Shown here piece after piece: positions 38,381 to 48,247 of a stretch of DNA of 64,000 bases. The notes below the pieces were generated by a model that saw only the letters and a program-made list of their open reading frames with translations, searched no databases and was not told where the DNA came from. Position numbers and translations under genes: made by a program. Location of the stretch: NCBI GenBank assembly GCA_036550355.1, contig JAXKGN010000005.1:59193-123192 (forward strand), in the 5' to 3' direction. Source of the DNA: Collinsella sp. GTDB taxonomy: Bacteria > Actinomycetota > Coriobacteriia > Coriobacteriales > Coriobacteriaceae. Numbering within the stretch: position 1 is the stretch's first letter; each line of letters begins with the position of its first letter.

Positions 38381-39535
38381 ATGGACGAAATCGTCTGCGC
38401 AAACACCGCATTCCGCTACTGGCGCTGCCCACCGCAAATACGCGACCTCTACCCGCGCCTGCCCAACTCCGAAGACGGCTGGCGAGCCCTAGCCCAAGCC
38501 CCTTTCGTGACCGACATCCTTAAGACGCCAGTCATCACAGCAGCATCAACACGAAGCAACCTGCATTCTGAGACAAGGCGGACCATCCGATGGAACAGCG
38601 CCTATACAGAGAAGGTTTCCATCGACACGGGTATGGGCTTTAGCGTCACAGATCCTCTTCATACGCTATTCACCATGACTAGAAGCGTTTCTTCATGTGA
38701 CCTGGTTCTGGCTATGTACGAATTTTATGGATGGTTCTCGGTTTTTAAACCAACGCCCGCGGTCGACATGGCACTTGAGCAGGCAAAATCAGAAGAAGAG
38801 CAGTACACCACAGAAAGTCTGTTTGAAATAAACGAAACACAAGACGAGGCCCCATGGAAGCGAGTCTGTCCTCGGACGCACCAGAAGGACAGCGAGAATG
38901 ATCAAAGTGGGCAGCAGGATGACGGATCCGGAAATAAAGCTGACGGAAAGGGCACATCACTCTGGATGAGAAAACCTCTTATTGAAATAGAAGAACTGCA
39001 CAGATTTGCGGCGAAGGTTAAGGGCGAAATGTGGGGAAAGCAATTCTACGAAGCCGCACAGCAGGTATTGGGTATTGCTGCATCCCCGCTAGAAGTTGCT
39101 GGAATCATGTTGCTAAGTCATCCGAGGCGTGCCGGCGGAGCGGAGTTTAAAAACATATTCGTTAACGACCTAACACCGCTGTCAAATTCAGCTCGGAAAA
39201 TCGCAGGTCAGAAAATCTGTTACGGCGATATCGTCATCGTGAACCCAATTACAATGAAGGCTGTGATTATCGAACTTCAAGGAGAGGTTATCCATGGATC
39301 GGGCGCTGTACTTGACCACGATGCTACCCGAATGACAGCATTGCAAAGCATGGGATACGACGTATTTCTTGTAACCCATGACATGCTCAATGATCACGAT
39401 CAGCTTGATGCCATCATTCACAGTGTGTGTGAACGATTAGAGTTGCGCTACAAACCAAAAACCGAGGCGATGAGATGCGCTGAGACCAGATTGCGGGCCA
39501 ACGTTCTGTGTAATTGGCTTGATATTGGTAAGTAA
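38381..39535 (+). CDS. Hypothetical protein with C-terminal DUF559/Vsr-like PD-(D/E)xK nuclease domain
   Basis: SPLE, GDIV, IELQGEVIH and D..R..ALQSMGYDVFLVT motifs; RBS GGAGG. Confidence 0.65.
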   Translation: MDEIVCANTAFRYWRCPPQIRDLYPRLPNSEDGWRALAQAPFVTDILKTPVITAASTRSNLHSETRRTIRWNSAYTEKVSIDTGMGFSVTDPLHTLFTMTRSVSSCDLVLAMYEFYGWFSVFKPTPAVDMALEQAKSEEEQYTTESLFEINETQDEAPWKRVCPRTHQKDSENDQSGQQDDGSGNKADGKGTSLWMRKPLIEIEELHRFAAKVKGEMWGKQFYEAAQQVLGIAASPLEVAGIMLLSHPRRAGGAEFKNIFVNDLTPLSNSARKIAGQKICYGDIVIVNPITMKAVIIELQGEVIHGSGAVLDHDATRMTALQSMGYDVFLVTHDMLNDHDQLDAIIHSVCERLELRYKPKTEAMRCAETRLRANVLCNWLDIGK

Positions 39536-39603
39536 TAATGCCCAAGTGAGCATTTTTAATACTTTATATGCGACAGTAATTGAGTGCCAGTTTAAAACCA
39601 TGC

Positions 39604-39735
39604 CGGTTTACTACGTCGGATTGAGGGTGGCTTAGCACACCGAATTCGACGCCCGCAAAACCGCAGGTAGATCGCCTGCCCATTTTGCGAAATTAGATGT
39701 GAGGTCGAAAATCCGGGAATCATCGTAGTAAACCG
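39604..39735. repeat. 132-bp inverted-repeat element, copy B
   Basis: CGGTTTACTACG ... CGTAGTAAACCG; central AAAACCGCAGGTAG (39657-39670). Confidence 0.85.
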
Positions 39736-39988
39736 GTCTGTTTTATAAAGCGACCAGCTGGGGCTAGCTACAGACGGTTCCGTAAATTGGCCCGAAGGCG
39801 TGCGGAGGGGCTCAGCCCCCGGAAGCACCGCGGATCGCTTTGGTCTGGCCGGCGACACCTGGGGCGACATGCCGAGCCCTGCAAAGGGATGCAGTGGGCT
39901 TGCCGCCGCCCGCGGGGCTCGCCCCGCGGGCTATGTCGGGCATCGTGTGTCTCTTCGGCCCCGCTCCCGTTCAACGCGCCGCAAAATA

Positions 39989-40167
39989 TTTTCCAAAATT
40001 GTCCTTGCATCGGCGGGGGAGTTCCCGTATAGTACTTCTTCGCACGGGGGCGTAGCTCAGCTGGGAGAGCGCTTGACTGGCAGTCAAGAGGTCAGGGGTT
40101 CGATCCCCCTCGTCTCCACCCGAGCATTGAATGAGGCTCCAACGCAAGTTGGGGCCTTTTTTCATAT
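39989..40167 (+). repeat. Promoter-tRNA-Ala-terminator cassette, copy 1
   Basis: Near-identical to 40960-41138 (offset 971 bp); TTGCAT-17-TATAGT promoter. Confidence 0.9.
40046..40118 (+). tRNA. tRNA-Ala(GGC)
   Basis: Identical to 13675-13747; followed by CCC rather than CCA. Confidence 0.95.
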
Positions 40168-40328
40168 CTATCGATTTTCGCCATGTGTTGGCCGGGTAGC
40201 ATCTTGGCGACATACCCATTGTTAATTGCGGATATGAACGTTAATAACTTTACGTCTCTGGATGGCAAAGCTAGTCTGCAGCGCCAATAACAAAGAGGCC
40301 GGGCGTAATGCCCGGCCTCGAAATACTC

Positions 40329-40404
40329 TGGTGGGCCCTCCGGGATTCGAACCCAGAACCCAGGGATTATGAGTCCCCTGCGCTAACCGTTGCGCCAAGA
40401 GCCC
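40329..40404 (-). tRNA. tRNA with CAU anticodon, probably tRNA-Ile2
   Basis: Reverse complement GGGCTCTTGGCGCAACGGTTAGCGCAGGGGACTCATAATCCCT...GGGCCCACCA; lacks the initiator C1:A72 mismatch. Ile2 versus elongator Met is an inference. Confidence 0.85.
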
Positions 40405-40635
40405 TTATAAACGGTGAATGCAATTCTAACAAAGACAACTCAGGCCTAATTTCTTCGCTTCACGTCGTGAAATACTACCATGCACGAGCAAGTCGCACAA
40501 CGCAAGATCAAGTCCGATGTTAAACAACAGCTAATCTAGGCGCAGAGCGGAAAAGACGTGTTTTAGAAAAAGTTAAGGCCTTAAATTCAAGGCTCCAACA
40601 CATTTATGCGTGAAATCAACCTGATGCCATTTCAA

Positions 40636-40783
40636 AACCATGCCGGTTTACTACGACGGATCGGCTGCCCCCGAGCACCGTGTGTTCTCCAGTTGTAAAA
40701 CCGCAGGTAGGGAGCCCGCCGGTTAAGTGAAAAGGCGTGTGTGGTCGGACATTACTGATTCATCGTAGTAAACCGGCATGGTT
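40636..40783. repeat. Inverted-repeat element, copy C (132-bp core 40644-40775, 21-bp perfect IR)
   Basis: AACCATGCCGGTTTACTACGA ... TCGTAGTAAACCGGCATGGTT; central AAAACCGCAGGTAG (40697-40710). Confidence 0.88.
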
Positions 40784-40897
40784 CTGAAGCGCAGGGGAGG
40801 GTGCTTCACAATCGGACCCGATAATGGGACTGGTAGTGTACGGAAAACCCTGTTGCACGGGGCGAGTCGCGTTCTGTGCGTCAAGTTGGCCGGCGCG

Positions 40898-40952
40898 CGG
40901 GCCCCGGGGAGGCCGGGTGCCCTGCGGGGTGGCCCGGCCTCCCCGGGGCCCG
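40898..40952. repeat. GC-rich 20-bp perfect hairpin
   Basis: CGGGCCCCGGGGAGGCCGGG / CCCGGCCTCCCCGGGGCCCG. Confidence 0.8.
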
Positions 40953-40959
40953 TGAAATT

Positions 40960-41138
40960 TTTTCCAAAATTGTCCTTGCATCGACGTCCGAGTTCCCGTA
41001 TAGTACTTCTTCGCACGGGGGCGTAGCTCAGCTGGGAGAGCGCTTGACTGGCAGTCAAGAGGTCAGGGGTTCGATCCCCCTCGTCTCCACCCGAGCAATG
41101 AATGAGGCTCCAACGCAAGTTGGGGCCTTTTTTCATAT
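40960..41138 (+). repeat. Promoter-tRNA-Ala-terminator cassette, copy 2
   Basis: Near-identical to 39989-40167. Confidence 0.9.
41017..41089 (+). tRNA. tRNA-Ala(GGC)
   Basis: Identical to the other two copies. Confidence 0.95.
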
Positions 41139-41164
41139 AGGCATACAAGGTCAAAGGCGGCACC

Positions 41165-43201
41165 ATGATCCTCCTGGTCGACAAGATCGAAAAAAGCTTC
41201 GGCGCGCGCGTCCTCTTTAGCGGCGCGTCCTTCCAGATCAACCCCGGCGAGCGCTTTGCGCTCGTGGGACCCAACGGCGCCGGCAAAACCACCATGCTCA
41301 AGATCATCATGGGCATCGACAGCCCCGACGCCGGCCAGGTCCAGTACGCCAAGGACTGCCAGGTGGGCTACCTAGAGCAGGAAACCAACCTGGAGCAAAA
41401 GGACACCACCATCCTCGCCGAGGTCATGGCTGCCGCCAAGGAAATCCGCCGCATGGGCGAGCGCGCCAACGAGCTGCAGGCCCAGATCACCGAGCTCTCC
41501 GAGCAGGGCAAGGACGTCGACGCGCTCCTTAACGAGTACGGCCAGGTCCAGGACCGCTTTGAGCACCTGGGCGGCTATGAACTCGAGAGCAACGCCCGCA
41601 AGATCCTGTCCGGCCTGGGCTTCAAGGTCACCGACTTTGAGCGCCCGTGCTCCGAGTTCTCCGGCGGCTGGCAGATGCGCATCGCGCTGGCAAAGCTTTT
41701 CCTGCGCCACCCCGACCTGCTGCTGCTCGACGAGCCCACTAACCACCTGGACCTCGAAAGTGTCCAATGGCTGCGCGGCTTTATCGCCAATTACGACGGC
41801 GCCGTTCTCAGCGTCAGCCACGACCGCGCCTTCATGGACGCCTGCGTCGACCACATCGCCGCCCTCGAAAACCGCCGCGTAACCACCTACACCGGCAACT
41901 ACAGCAGCTACCTCAAGCAGCGCGAGGACAACCTGGAGCAGATGCGCGCCAAGCGTGCCGCGCAGGAGCGCGACATCGCCCACATGCAGGTCTTCGTCGA
42001 CAAGTTCCGCTACAAGCCCACCAAGGCCGCCCAGGCGCAGGAGCGCATCCGCAAGATCGAGCAGATCAAAAAGGAGCTCGTCATCCTGCCCGAGGGCCAC
42101 AAGCACATCGACTTTAAGTTCCCCGACCCGCCGCGCTCCGGCGACATGGTCGTGGGCCTGGAGGGCGTGTCCAAGTCCTACGGCAACAAGCACATCTACA
42201 GCGACATCGACCTCAAGCTCTACCGCGGCGAGCACGTGGCGCTCGTCGGCCCCAACGGCGCCGGCAAGTCCACCCTCATGAAGATCCTCGCCGGCCTGGA
42301 GCCGCCCACCACCGGCACGCGCGACCTGGGCACCAACGTGGGTGTGGCCTACTATGCCCAGCACGCGCTCGAGGGCATGACCGAATCGAACACCGTCCTG
42401 CAAGAGATCGACACCGTCACGCCCAAGTGGACCGTGCCGCAGCAGCGTAGCCTGCTGGGTGCCTTCCTGTTTAGCGACAACGACGCAATCGAAAAGCAGG
42501 TACGCGTCCTCTCCGGCGGTGAAAAGGCGCGTCTGGCCCTGGCCAAGATGCTCGTAGCCCCCGAGGCGCTCCTGTGCCTGGACGAGCCCACCAACCACCT
42601 GGACATCGACTCGGTGGACATGCTCGAGAACGCCCTGCAAAACTTCCCCGGCACCATCGTGCTGATCAGCCACGACGAGCACCTGGTGCGTGCCGTGGCC
42701 AACCGCATCATCGACATCCGCGACGGCAAGGTCACGGTCTACGACGGCGACTACGACTACTACCTCTACAAACGCGAGGATCTCGCTGCCCGCGCCGCTG
42801 CCGAGGCGGCAGGGGAGAGCGCGCCGGCGGCGAGCAAGAGCACCAAGCCTGCCAGCGCCGCCCAGGCCAGCAGCACCGCTGCGGCCCCCAAGCCGGCCGA
42901 GGGCAAAAAGACCAAGGAGCAAAAGCGCGCCGAGGCCCAGGCCCGCGCCGCGCTCAACAAAAAGCTCAAGGGCGTTCGCAACCAGCTCAAGAAGATCGAG
43001 GCGGAGCTGGACAAAAAGCGCGCCCGCTATGACGAGCTTATGGAATTGATGGCAAGCGAAGAGCTTTATGCCGATCAGGACAAGTTCAACGCCGCGCTGG
43101 GGGAATATAACGGCCTTAAGCAAGAGCTGCCCAAGCTCGAGGACGAATGGCTGGAGCTTTCCACCCAGATCGAAGAGGAGACCGCGCGTGAACTCTCGTA
43201 A
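41165..43201 (+). CDS. ABC-F family ATPase
   Basis: Two ABC domains ([20 protein letters not shown]), no TM segments, coiled-coil C-terminal domain. Confidence 0.93.
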   Translation: MILLVDKIEKSFGARVLFSGASFQINPGERFALVGPNGAGKTTMLKIIMGIDSPDAGQVQYAKDCQVGYLEQETNLEQKDTTILAEVMAAAKEIRRMGERANELQAQITELSEQGKDVDALLNEYGQVQDRFEHLGGYELESNARKILSGLGFKVTDFERPCSEFSGGWQMRIALAKLFLRHPDLLLLDEPTNHLDLESVQWLRGFIANYDGAVLSVSHDRAFMDACVDHIAALENRRVTTYTGNYSSYLKQREDNLEQMRAKRAAQERDIAHMQVFVDKFRYKPTKAAQAQERIRKIEQIKKELVILPEGHKHIDFKFPDPPRSGDMVVGLEGVSKSYGNKHIYSDIDLKLYRGEHVALVGPNGAGKSTLMKILAGLEPPTTGTRDLGTNVGVAYYAQHALEGMTESNTVLQEIDTVTPKWTVPQQRSLLGAFLFSDNDAIEKQVRVLSGGEKARLALAKMLVAPEALLCLDEPTNHLDIDSVDMLENALQNFPGTIVLISHDEHLVRAVANRIIDIRDGKVTVYDGDYDYYLYKREDLAARAAAEAAGESAPAASKSTKPASAAQASSTAAAPKPAEGKKTKEQKRAEAQARAALNKKLKGVRNQLKKIEAELDKKRARYDELMELMASEELYADQDKFNAALGEYNGLKQELPKLEDEWLELSTQIEEETARELS

Positions 43202-43484
43202 AGCCGCTGCCGTGGCGATGAGCATCATCGCCATCGCCTGTCGCATCTGCGGCATCTTTATGAGCGCGATGACCGTGCTACTGTGCTTTAGCGGCCTCAC
43301 CGCCAAGCTGCAGATCGTGGGCTTTGTCGTCGAGCTTTCGCGCGCACTGCCGAGCGCCATCGCCGGCTACGGCGTCATCACGTCGCCCTTTGGCGGTGTG
43401 TTCCGCCTGGATTACGCCATCGTGGCCGTCATCCTGTTTGTGGCCGACTACCTGCTCACGCGCGCCTCGCACCGCGTCCGCTAG
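43188..43484 (+). CDS. Small membrane protein
   Basis: Hydrophobic 98-aa ORF with RBS GAGGAG, operonic position. Confidence 0.6.
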   Translation: MNSRKAAAVAMSIIAIACRICGIFMSAMTVLLCFSGLTAKLQIVGFVVELSRALPSAIAGYGVITSPFGGVFRLDYAIVAVILFVADYLLTRASHRVR

Positions 43485-43493
43485 GGGAGTGAC

Positions 43494-44177
43494 ATGTCCA
43501 GCAGCTACCTCATGAACCTGCTCGCCAGCGCCTTTGCCGTCATCGTCGGCATCGTGATCCACGAGAGCGCGCACGCCGCCGCGGCCTGGGCGCTCGGCGA
43601 CAAGACGGCCCGTTCGCGCGGGCGCGTCTCGCTCAACCCGCTCAACCATATCGACCCGTTTGGCACCATTCTTCTGCCGCTGCTGATGCTCGCCGCCGGC
43701 GGCCCGGTGTTCGCCTTTGCCAAGCCCGTGCCCGTCTATCTCAACAACCTCAAGCACCCCAAGCGCGACGAGGTCCTGGTGAGCGTGGCCGGCCCCGCAT
43801 CGAACATCACGTTGGCATGCCTTGCCGCCGCCCTCATGCATGCGGCATACGGCAACCTCTACGCCAGCATGTCCTTTGCCGTGGCCTCCCAAATCATGAA
43901 CTTCGGCGCCACCTTTATCGTGGTCAACCTGTCGCTCGCGTTCTTTAACCTCATCCCGATCCCGCCGCTCGACGGCTCGTCGATTATCGTGCCGTTCCTC
44001 AAAGGCAAGGCGCTCGCCAACTACTATCGTTTGCAGCAATACGCCATGCCCATCCTCATCCTGGTCCTGTACCTGCTGCCCATGTGGACCGGTATCGACG
44101 TGATCGGGCGCTATTTCGACGTTACCGTGTATCCGCTGGCCGAGTGGCTGCTCAACTTCGCAATCGCCGGCATCTAA
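43494..44177 (+). CDS. Site-2 protease (M50)
   Basis: HESAH, AGPASN and FNLIPIPPLDG motifs. Confidence 0.92.
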   Translation: MSSSYLMNLLASAFAVIVGIVIHESAHAAAAWALGDKTARSRGRVSLNPLNHIDPFGTILLPLLMLAAGGPVFAFAKPVPVYLNNLKHPKRDEVLVSVAGPASNITLACLAAALMHAAYGNLYASMSFAVASQIMNFGATFIVVNLSLAFFNLIPIPPLDGSSIIVPFLKGKALANYYRLQQYAMPILILVLYLLPMWTGIDVIGRYFDVTVYPLAEWLLNFAIAGI

Positions 44178-44261
44178 GGTAAACTTACAGGTCGACCGCG
44201 CAAAACGGTCACAGCATGCACCCAAACCGCGCCGCGAAGGCGCCGTCAAAGGAGGTCGAAG

Positions 44262-45071
44262 ATGTCGTATCGCGTGTCGACGCAGGTCTACAGCGGACCG
44301 TTCGACCTGCTGCTCCAGCTGGTAACCCGCCAAAAAGTTGATATCGGCGCCATCTCGATCAGCGAGGTGGCCGAGCAGTACCTTGCCGAGGCCGAGCGCA
44401 TCGAGGCGCTGGACTTGGACGTGGCGAGCGACTTTTTGCTGGTCGCGGCAACCCTTCTGGACATCAAGGCCGCCTCGCTGGTGCCCCAAGAAGCCCCGAG
44501 CAAAACCGTTGACGATGACGAGGACGACGAAGACCTCGAGGAACTCAGTGCGCTCGACGGCGACGCCCTGCGCGAGGTCCTGATCCAGCGTCTGATCGCC
44601 TACAAGCAGTTTAAGGGCGCGGCGGCGGCGCTTGGCGCGCGCATGCAGGCCGAGAGCCGCATGCATCCGCGCGTGGCCGGCCCCGACCCCGAGTTTCTAG
44701 GCCTTATGCCCGACTACCTGGCCGGCATCACCCTGCGTGGCCTCGCCGTCATCTGCGCCGACCTAGACGGCAAGCGCCAGACCTTCCTGCTGGAGGCCGA
44801 GCACGTGGCGCCGCATCGCGTGCCGCTCGACCTGACGGTGGCCTCGGTCGACCGCTTTACCATGGCGCACCAAACCTGTACCTTCCGCGAGCTGCTGGAC
44901 GGCGACGCCACCACCGAGCAGCTCGTCGTCACCTTCCTGGCCATGTTGGAGCTTGCCAAACGCGGCTCGCTCACGCTGAGCCAGGACGAGATCTTTGGAA
45001 CCATTCAAATCAACCGCGTCGAGGGCGCCGAGGCATACGTGCCCGGCGAGGGCCCCGAGCTCACCGAATAG
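44262..45071 (+). CDS. scpA: Segregation and condensation protein A
   Basis: YSGPFDLLLQL and VVTFLAMLEL motifs. Confidence 0.92.
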   Translation: MSYRVSTQVYSGPFDLLLQLVTRQKVDIGAISISEVAEQYLAEAERIEALDLDVASDFLLVAATLLDIKAASLVPQEAPSKTVDDDEDDEDLEELSALDGDALREVLIQRLIAYKQFKGAAAALGARMQAESRMHPRVAGPDPEFLGLMPDYLAGITLRGLAVICADLDGKRQTFLLEAEHVAPHRVPLDLTVASVDRFTMAHQTCTFRELLDGDATTEQLVVTFLAMLELAKRGSLTLSQDEIFGTIQINRVEGAEAYVPGEGPELTE

Positions 45072-45082
45072 GAGCGCCAACC

Positions 45083-45802
45083 ATGTCAACCCTTTCCACG
45101 CTGGAGGCAAACAGCCTCAAAGGCGCCCTCGAGGCGCTGTTGCTGGTGTCGAGCGACCCCGTGAGCGCACCCGCGCTGGCAGGTGCGCTGGATATCGCCC
45201 CGGGCGAGTGCGCGTCGCTTTTGGCCGAGCTCAAGGTTGAGTACGAGGAAGCCAACCGCGGCTTTCAGCTGCGCGAGGTCGCCGGTGGCTGGCGCCTGTT
45301 TACACACCCCGCCTACCACGACGTGGTCGAGGCCTATGTGCTGAGCTGGGACACGCAAAAGCTGTCGCAGGCGGCGCTCGAGACTCTGGCCGTCATCGCC
45401 TATCACCAGCCCGTCACGCGCGAGGTGGTCAAGGGCATCCGCGGCGTCAACTCCGACGGCGTCATCGCGTCACTCGTGGATAAGGGCCTGGTGCGCGAGC
45501 TCGGCCGCGACCCCGAGCGCGGTCAGGCCATCATCTACGGCACGACCAACGCCTTCTTGGAAAAGTTCGGCCTGCGCTCCACTCGCGACCTGCCCGATCT
45601 GGAGCAGTTTGCTCCCGACGAGCAGTCGCGCCAGTTTATCCGCGAGCGTCTGAGCGGCCGCAGCATTCAGTCCACGCTCGAGGAGCAGGCCGAAGATCTG
45701 GACGAAGAGCGCGAACTGATCGATACCGATGTTGAGGACACCGATGGCGATGAGCTTCTGCCCACCGGTGACACCTCGGAGGATATGCATGACGAGGACT
45801 AA
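45083..45802 (+). CDS. scpB: Segregation and condensation protein B
   Basis: LSQAALETLAVIAYHQPVTR, IRGVNS and YGTT..FLEKFGL motifs. Confidence 0.95.
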   Translation: MSTLSTLEANSLKGALEALLLVSSDPVSAPALAGALDIAPGECASLLAELKVEYEEANRGFQLREVAGGWRLFTHPAYHDVVEAYVLSWDTQKLSQAALETLAVIAYHQPVTREVVKGIRGVNSDGVIASLVDKGLVRELGRDPERGQAIIYGTTNAFLEKFGLRSTRDLPDLEQFAPDEQSRQFIRERLSGRSIQSTLEEQAEDLDEERELIDTDVEDTDGDELLPTGDTSEDMHDED

Positions 45803-46760
45803 CGAAGCAGGGGAGGCGCGCACCGCAAGTGCCACGGGCGCCACAACGCCCGTAGGCGACGCCCAGCCTGTCTACCCGCACACCATGCGTCTGCAGCGCT
45901 TTTTGGCGCGCGCGGGCGTGGCGAGCCGCCGCGGCTCTGAGGACCTGATGACCGCCGGCCGCGTGATCGTCAACGGCCAGGTCGCGACCGAGCTGGGTAC
46001 CAAGGTCGACGTCGACCGCGACCATATCGAGGTCGACGGCATGCCCGTTAAGCTCAACCAGGGCGCCGTGTACCTGATGCTCTACAAGCCGTCCGGCTAC
46101 CTCACCACTATGAGTGATCCGCAGGAGCGCCCTTGTGTGGCCGACCTGGTTCCCCGCGACCGTTTTCCGGGCCTGTTCCCGGTGGGCCGTTTGGACCGCG
46201 ACACCACGGGCCTATTGCTCTTTACCACCGACGGCGACCTGTCGCAGGACCTGCTGCATCCCAGCAAGCACGTCTACAAGACCTACCAGGCACTCGTGGA
46301 CGGCTACCTGACCGATCGCGACTTGGAACCACTCCGCCGCGGCATCGAGCTCGACGACGGCCTGTGCCAGCCGGCAATCTGCCGCATCATCAACGCGCGC
46401 GAGGCCGAGGCGGTGGCCCCACAGGGCATCAAGCCCGGCACCACCGCCGTTGAGGTCATCATCCGCGAGGGACGCAAGAACCAGGTCAAGCGCATGCTGA
46501 GCAAGATCCACCACCCGGTGATTCGCCTGCATCGTTGCAACTTTGCCGGTCTGGAGCTCAAGGACGTGGCCAAGGGCTCGTGGCGCGAGCTCACCGACCG
46601 AGAGGTGCAGATCCTCAAGGCCGGCGGCATCCCGCCTAAGCAGGCCAGCTCCAAACGCGGCGCCGCGCCGGCTACCAACACCGCGATTCGCACGCGTCAC
46701 CACGGCAGTCACGGCTCCGCGCCCAAGCGCAACACCTACCGCGAGCGCTACACGAGCTAG
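45789..46760 (+). CDS. rluB: rRNA pseudouridine synthase (RluB/RsuA family)
   Basis: S4 domain RLQRFLARAGVASRR, GRLDRDTTGLL and EGRKNQVKRM motifs. Confidence 0.88.
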   Translation: MTRTNEAGEARTASATGATTPVGDAQPVYPHTMRLQRFLARAGVASRRGSEDLMTAGRVIVNGQVATELGTKVDVDRDHIEVDGMPVKLNQGAVYLMLYKPSGYLTTMSDPQERPCVADLVPRDRFPGLFPVGRLDRDTTGLLLFTTDGDLSQDLLHPSKHVYKTYQALVDGYLTDRDLEPLRRGIELDDGLCQPAICRIINAREAEAVAPQGIKPGTTAVEVIIREGRKNQVKRMLSKIHHPVIRLHRCNFAGLELKDVAKGSWRELTDREVQILKAGGIPPKQASSKRGAAPATNTAIRTRHHGSHGSAPKRNTYRERYTS

Positions 46761-46826
46761 GCAACCCGCCAAGCCGTAGCGCCCGCGTCCCATACCAGCA
46801 CGTCAACCACCGAAAGGAAGCATTGC

Positions 46827-47513
46827 ATGATCGTCGCCATCGACGGCCCCGCCGGTTCCGGCAAGTCCACTATCGCCAAGGAGATTGCCCGCCAGCTGGG
46901 CTTTAACAAGCTCGACACGGGTGCCATGTATCGCGCCGTCACCTTCGCCGCACTCGACCGCGGCATCGACCTGGACGACGAGGCGGCCATCGACGCCCTC
47001 GCCGAGCAGATCAAGATCCGATTTACCAACGGCACCGGCGAGGACACGCGCCTGACCATTGACGGCCAGGACGCCTCGGCTGCCATCCGCACCCCGCAGG
47101 TGGACGCCAACGTGTCCAAGGTCTCGGCCTACCCGGGCGTGCGCGCGGCCATGCTCATCCACCAGCGCCGCGCTGCCGAGGACCGCGACATCGTCGCCGA
47201 GGGTCGCGACATCGGCACCGTCGTGTTCCCCAACGCGCAGGTCAAGGTCTTCCTGACGGCCGACCCGCGCGAGCGTGCCCGTCGCCGCGTGCTGCAGCGC
47301 CACCAAAACGACGCCCAGCCGCTCACGCCCGCGCAGCTCGAAGCCGAGGTCGACGAGACCCTCGACGCCCTCAAGCAGCGCGATAAGCTCGATAGCAGCC
47401 GCGAGGTCGCGCCACTCGTTCCCGCCGAGGACGCCGTGCACGTCGACTCCACCGCTCACACCATCGACGAGGTCGTCCGCATTATCAAGGACCTCATCAA
47501 CCAAAGGAGGTAG
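46827..47513 (+). CDS. cmk: Cytidylate kinase
   Basis: IDGPAGSGKST, DTGAMYRA and EGRDIGTVVFP motifs. Confidence 0.96.
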   Translation: MIVAIDGPAGSGKSTIAKEIARQLGFNKLDTGAMYRAVTFAALDRGIDLDDEAAIDALAEQIKIRFTNGTGEDTRLTIDGQDASAAIRTPQVDANVSKVSAYPGVRAAMLIHQRRAAEDRDIVAEGRDIGTVVFPNAQVKVFLTADPRERARRRVLQRHQNDAQPLTPAQLEAEVDETLDALKQRDKLDSSREVAPLVPAEDAVHVDSTAHTIDEVVRIIKDLINQRR

Positions 47514-47516
47514 CCC

Positions 47517-48245
47517 ATGCGCCTGTTTAAGCAGACGCCCGAGGATTACTACAACGCCCCTTACGCCGAGTTCCCGGCGCTCATCCGCGGCACTGTCGCA
47601 GTAGTCATGGGTATCCTTTGGGTCTTCTCCAAGCTCATGTGGCGCTGGAAGGTAGAGGACGCCGATCTGCTGTTTGAGCGCCAGGAAGGCCGCGGCAGCG
47701 TGGTCATCTGCAACCATACCTCGATGGCCGAGCTCCTGGCCGTGGAGACGGCACTGTTCTTTGGCGGCCGCCGCATTCGCCCCATCTTTAAGTCCGAGTT
47801 TGCCAAGTCCAAGATCGTGCGCTGGGCCTTTAGCCGCGTGGGCGGCATTCCCGTCGAGCGCGGCACCGCCGACATGAAGTGCCTGCGTGCCGCCCAGCAT
47901 GCGCTGCAACGCGGCGAGGACGTCTTGATCTTCCCCGAGGGCACGCGCATCCGCTCGCGCGAGATCAAGCCCGAGGTCCACGGCGGCTTTGCGCTCATCG
48001 CCCAAATGGGCAAGGCGCCCGTCAACCCGCTCGCCATCTGCGGCTGGTCCGACATTACGCCCAAGGGCAAAAAGCTCATGCGCCCCAAGAAGTGCTGGAT
48101 CCGTGCCGGCAAGGCCATCTCTCTTTCCGACGCGCCGGCCGGACTTAAGCGCACGGAGCGCCTTGCCTGGTTTGAGTCCGAGGCCATGGACCGTGTCTAC
48201 ACCATGCGCGACGAGCTGTGCGCCGAGCATCCGGGCAGGTTCTAG
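47517..48245 (+). CDS. plsC: 1-acyl-sn-glycerol-3-phosphate acyltransferase
   Basis: NHTS and IFPEGTR motifs. Confidence 0.85.
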   Translation: MRLFKQTPEDYYNAPYAEFPALIRGTVAVVMGILWVFSKLMWRWKVEDADLLFERQEGRGSVVICNHTSMAELLAVETALFFGGRRIRPIFKSEFAKSKIVRWAFSRVGGIPVERGTADMKCLRAAQHALQRGEDVLIFPEGTRIRSREIKPEVHGGFALIAQMGKAPVNPLAICGWSDITPKGKKLMRPKKCWIRAGKAISLSDAPAGLKRTERLAWFESEAMDRVYTMRDELCAEHPGRF

Positions 48246-48247
48246 CC

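Noticed and set aside
39800..41352. ORFs overlapping the tRNA cluster (and 13633-13818, 37963-38151, 58222-58422)
   Set aside because: They are translations of tRNA genes and repeats.
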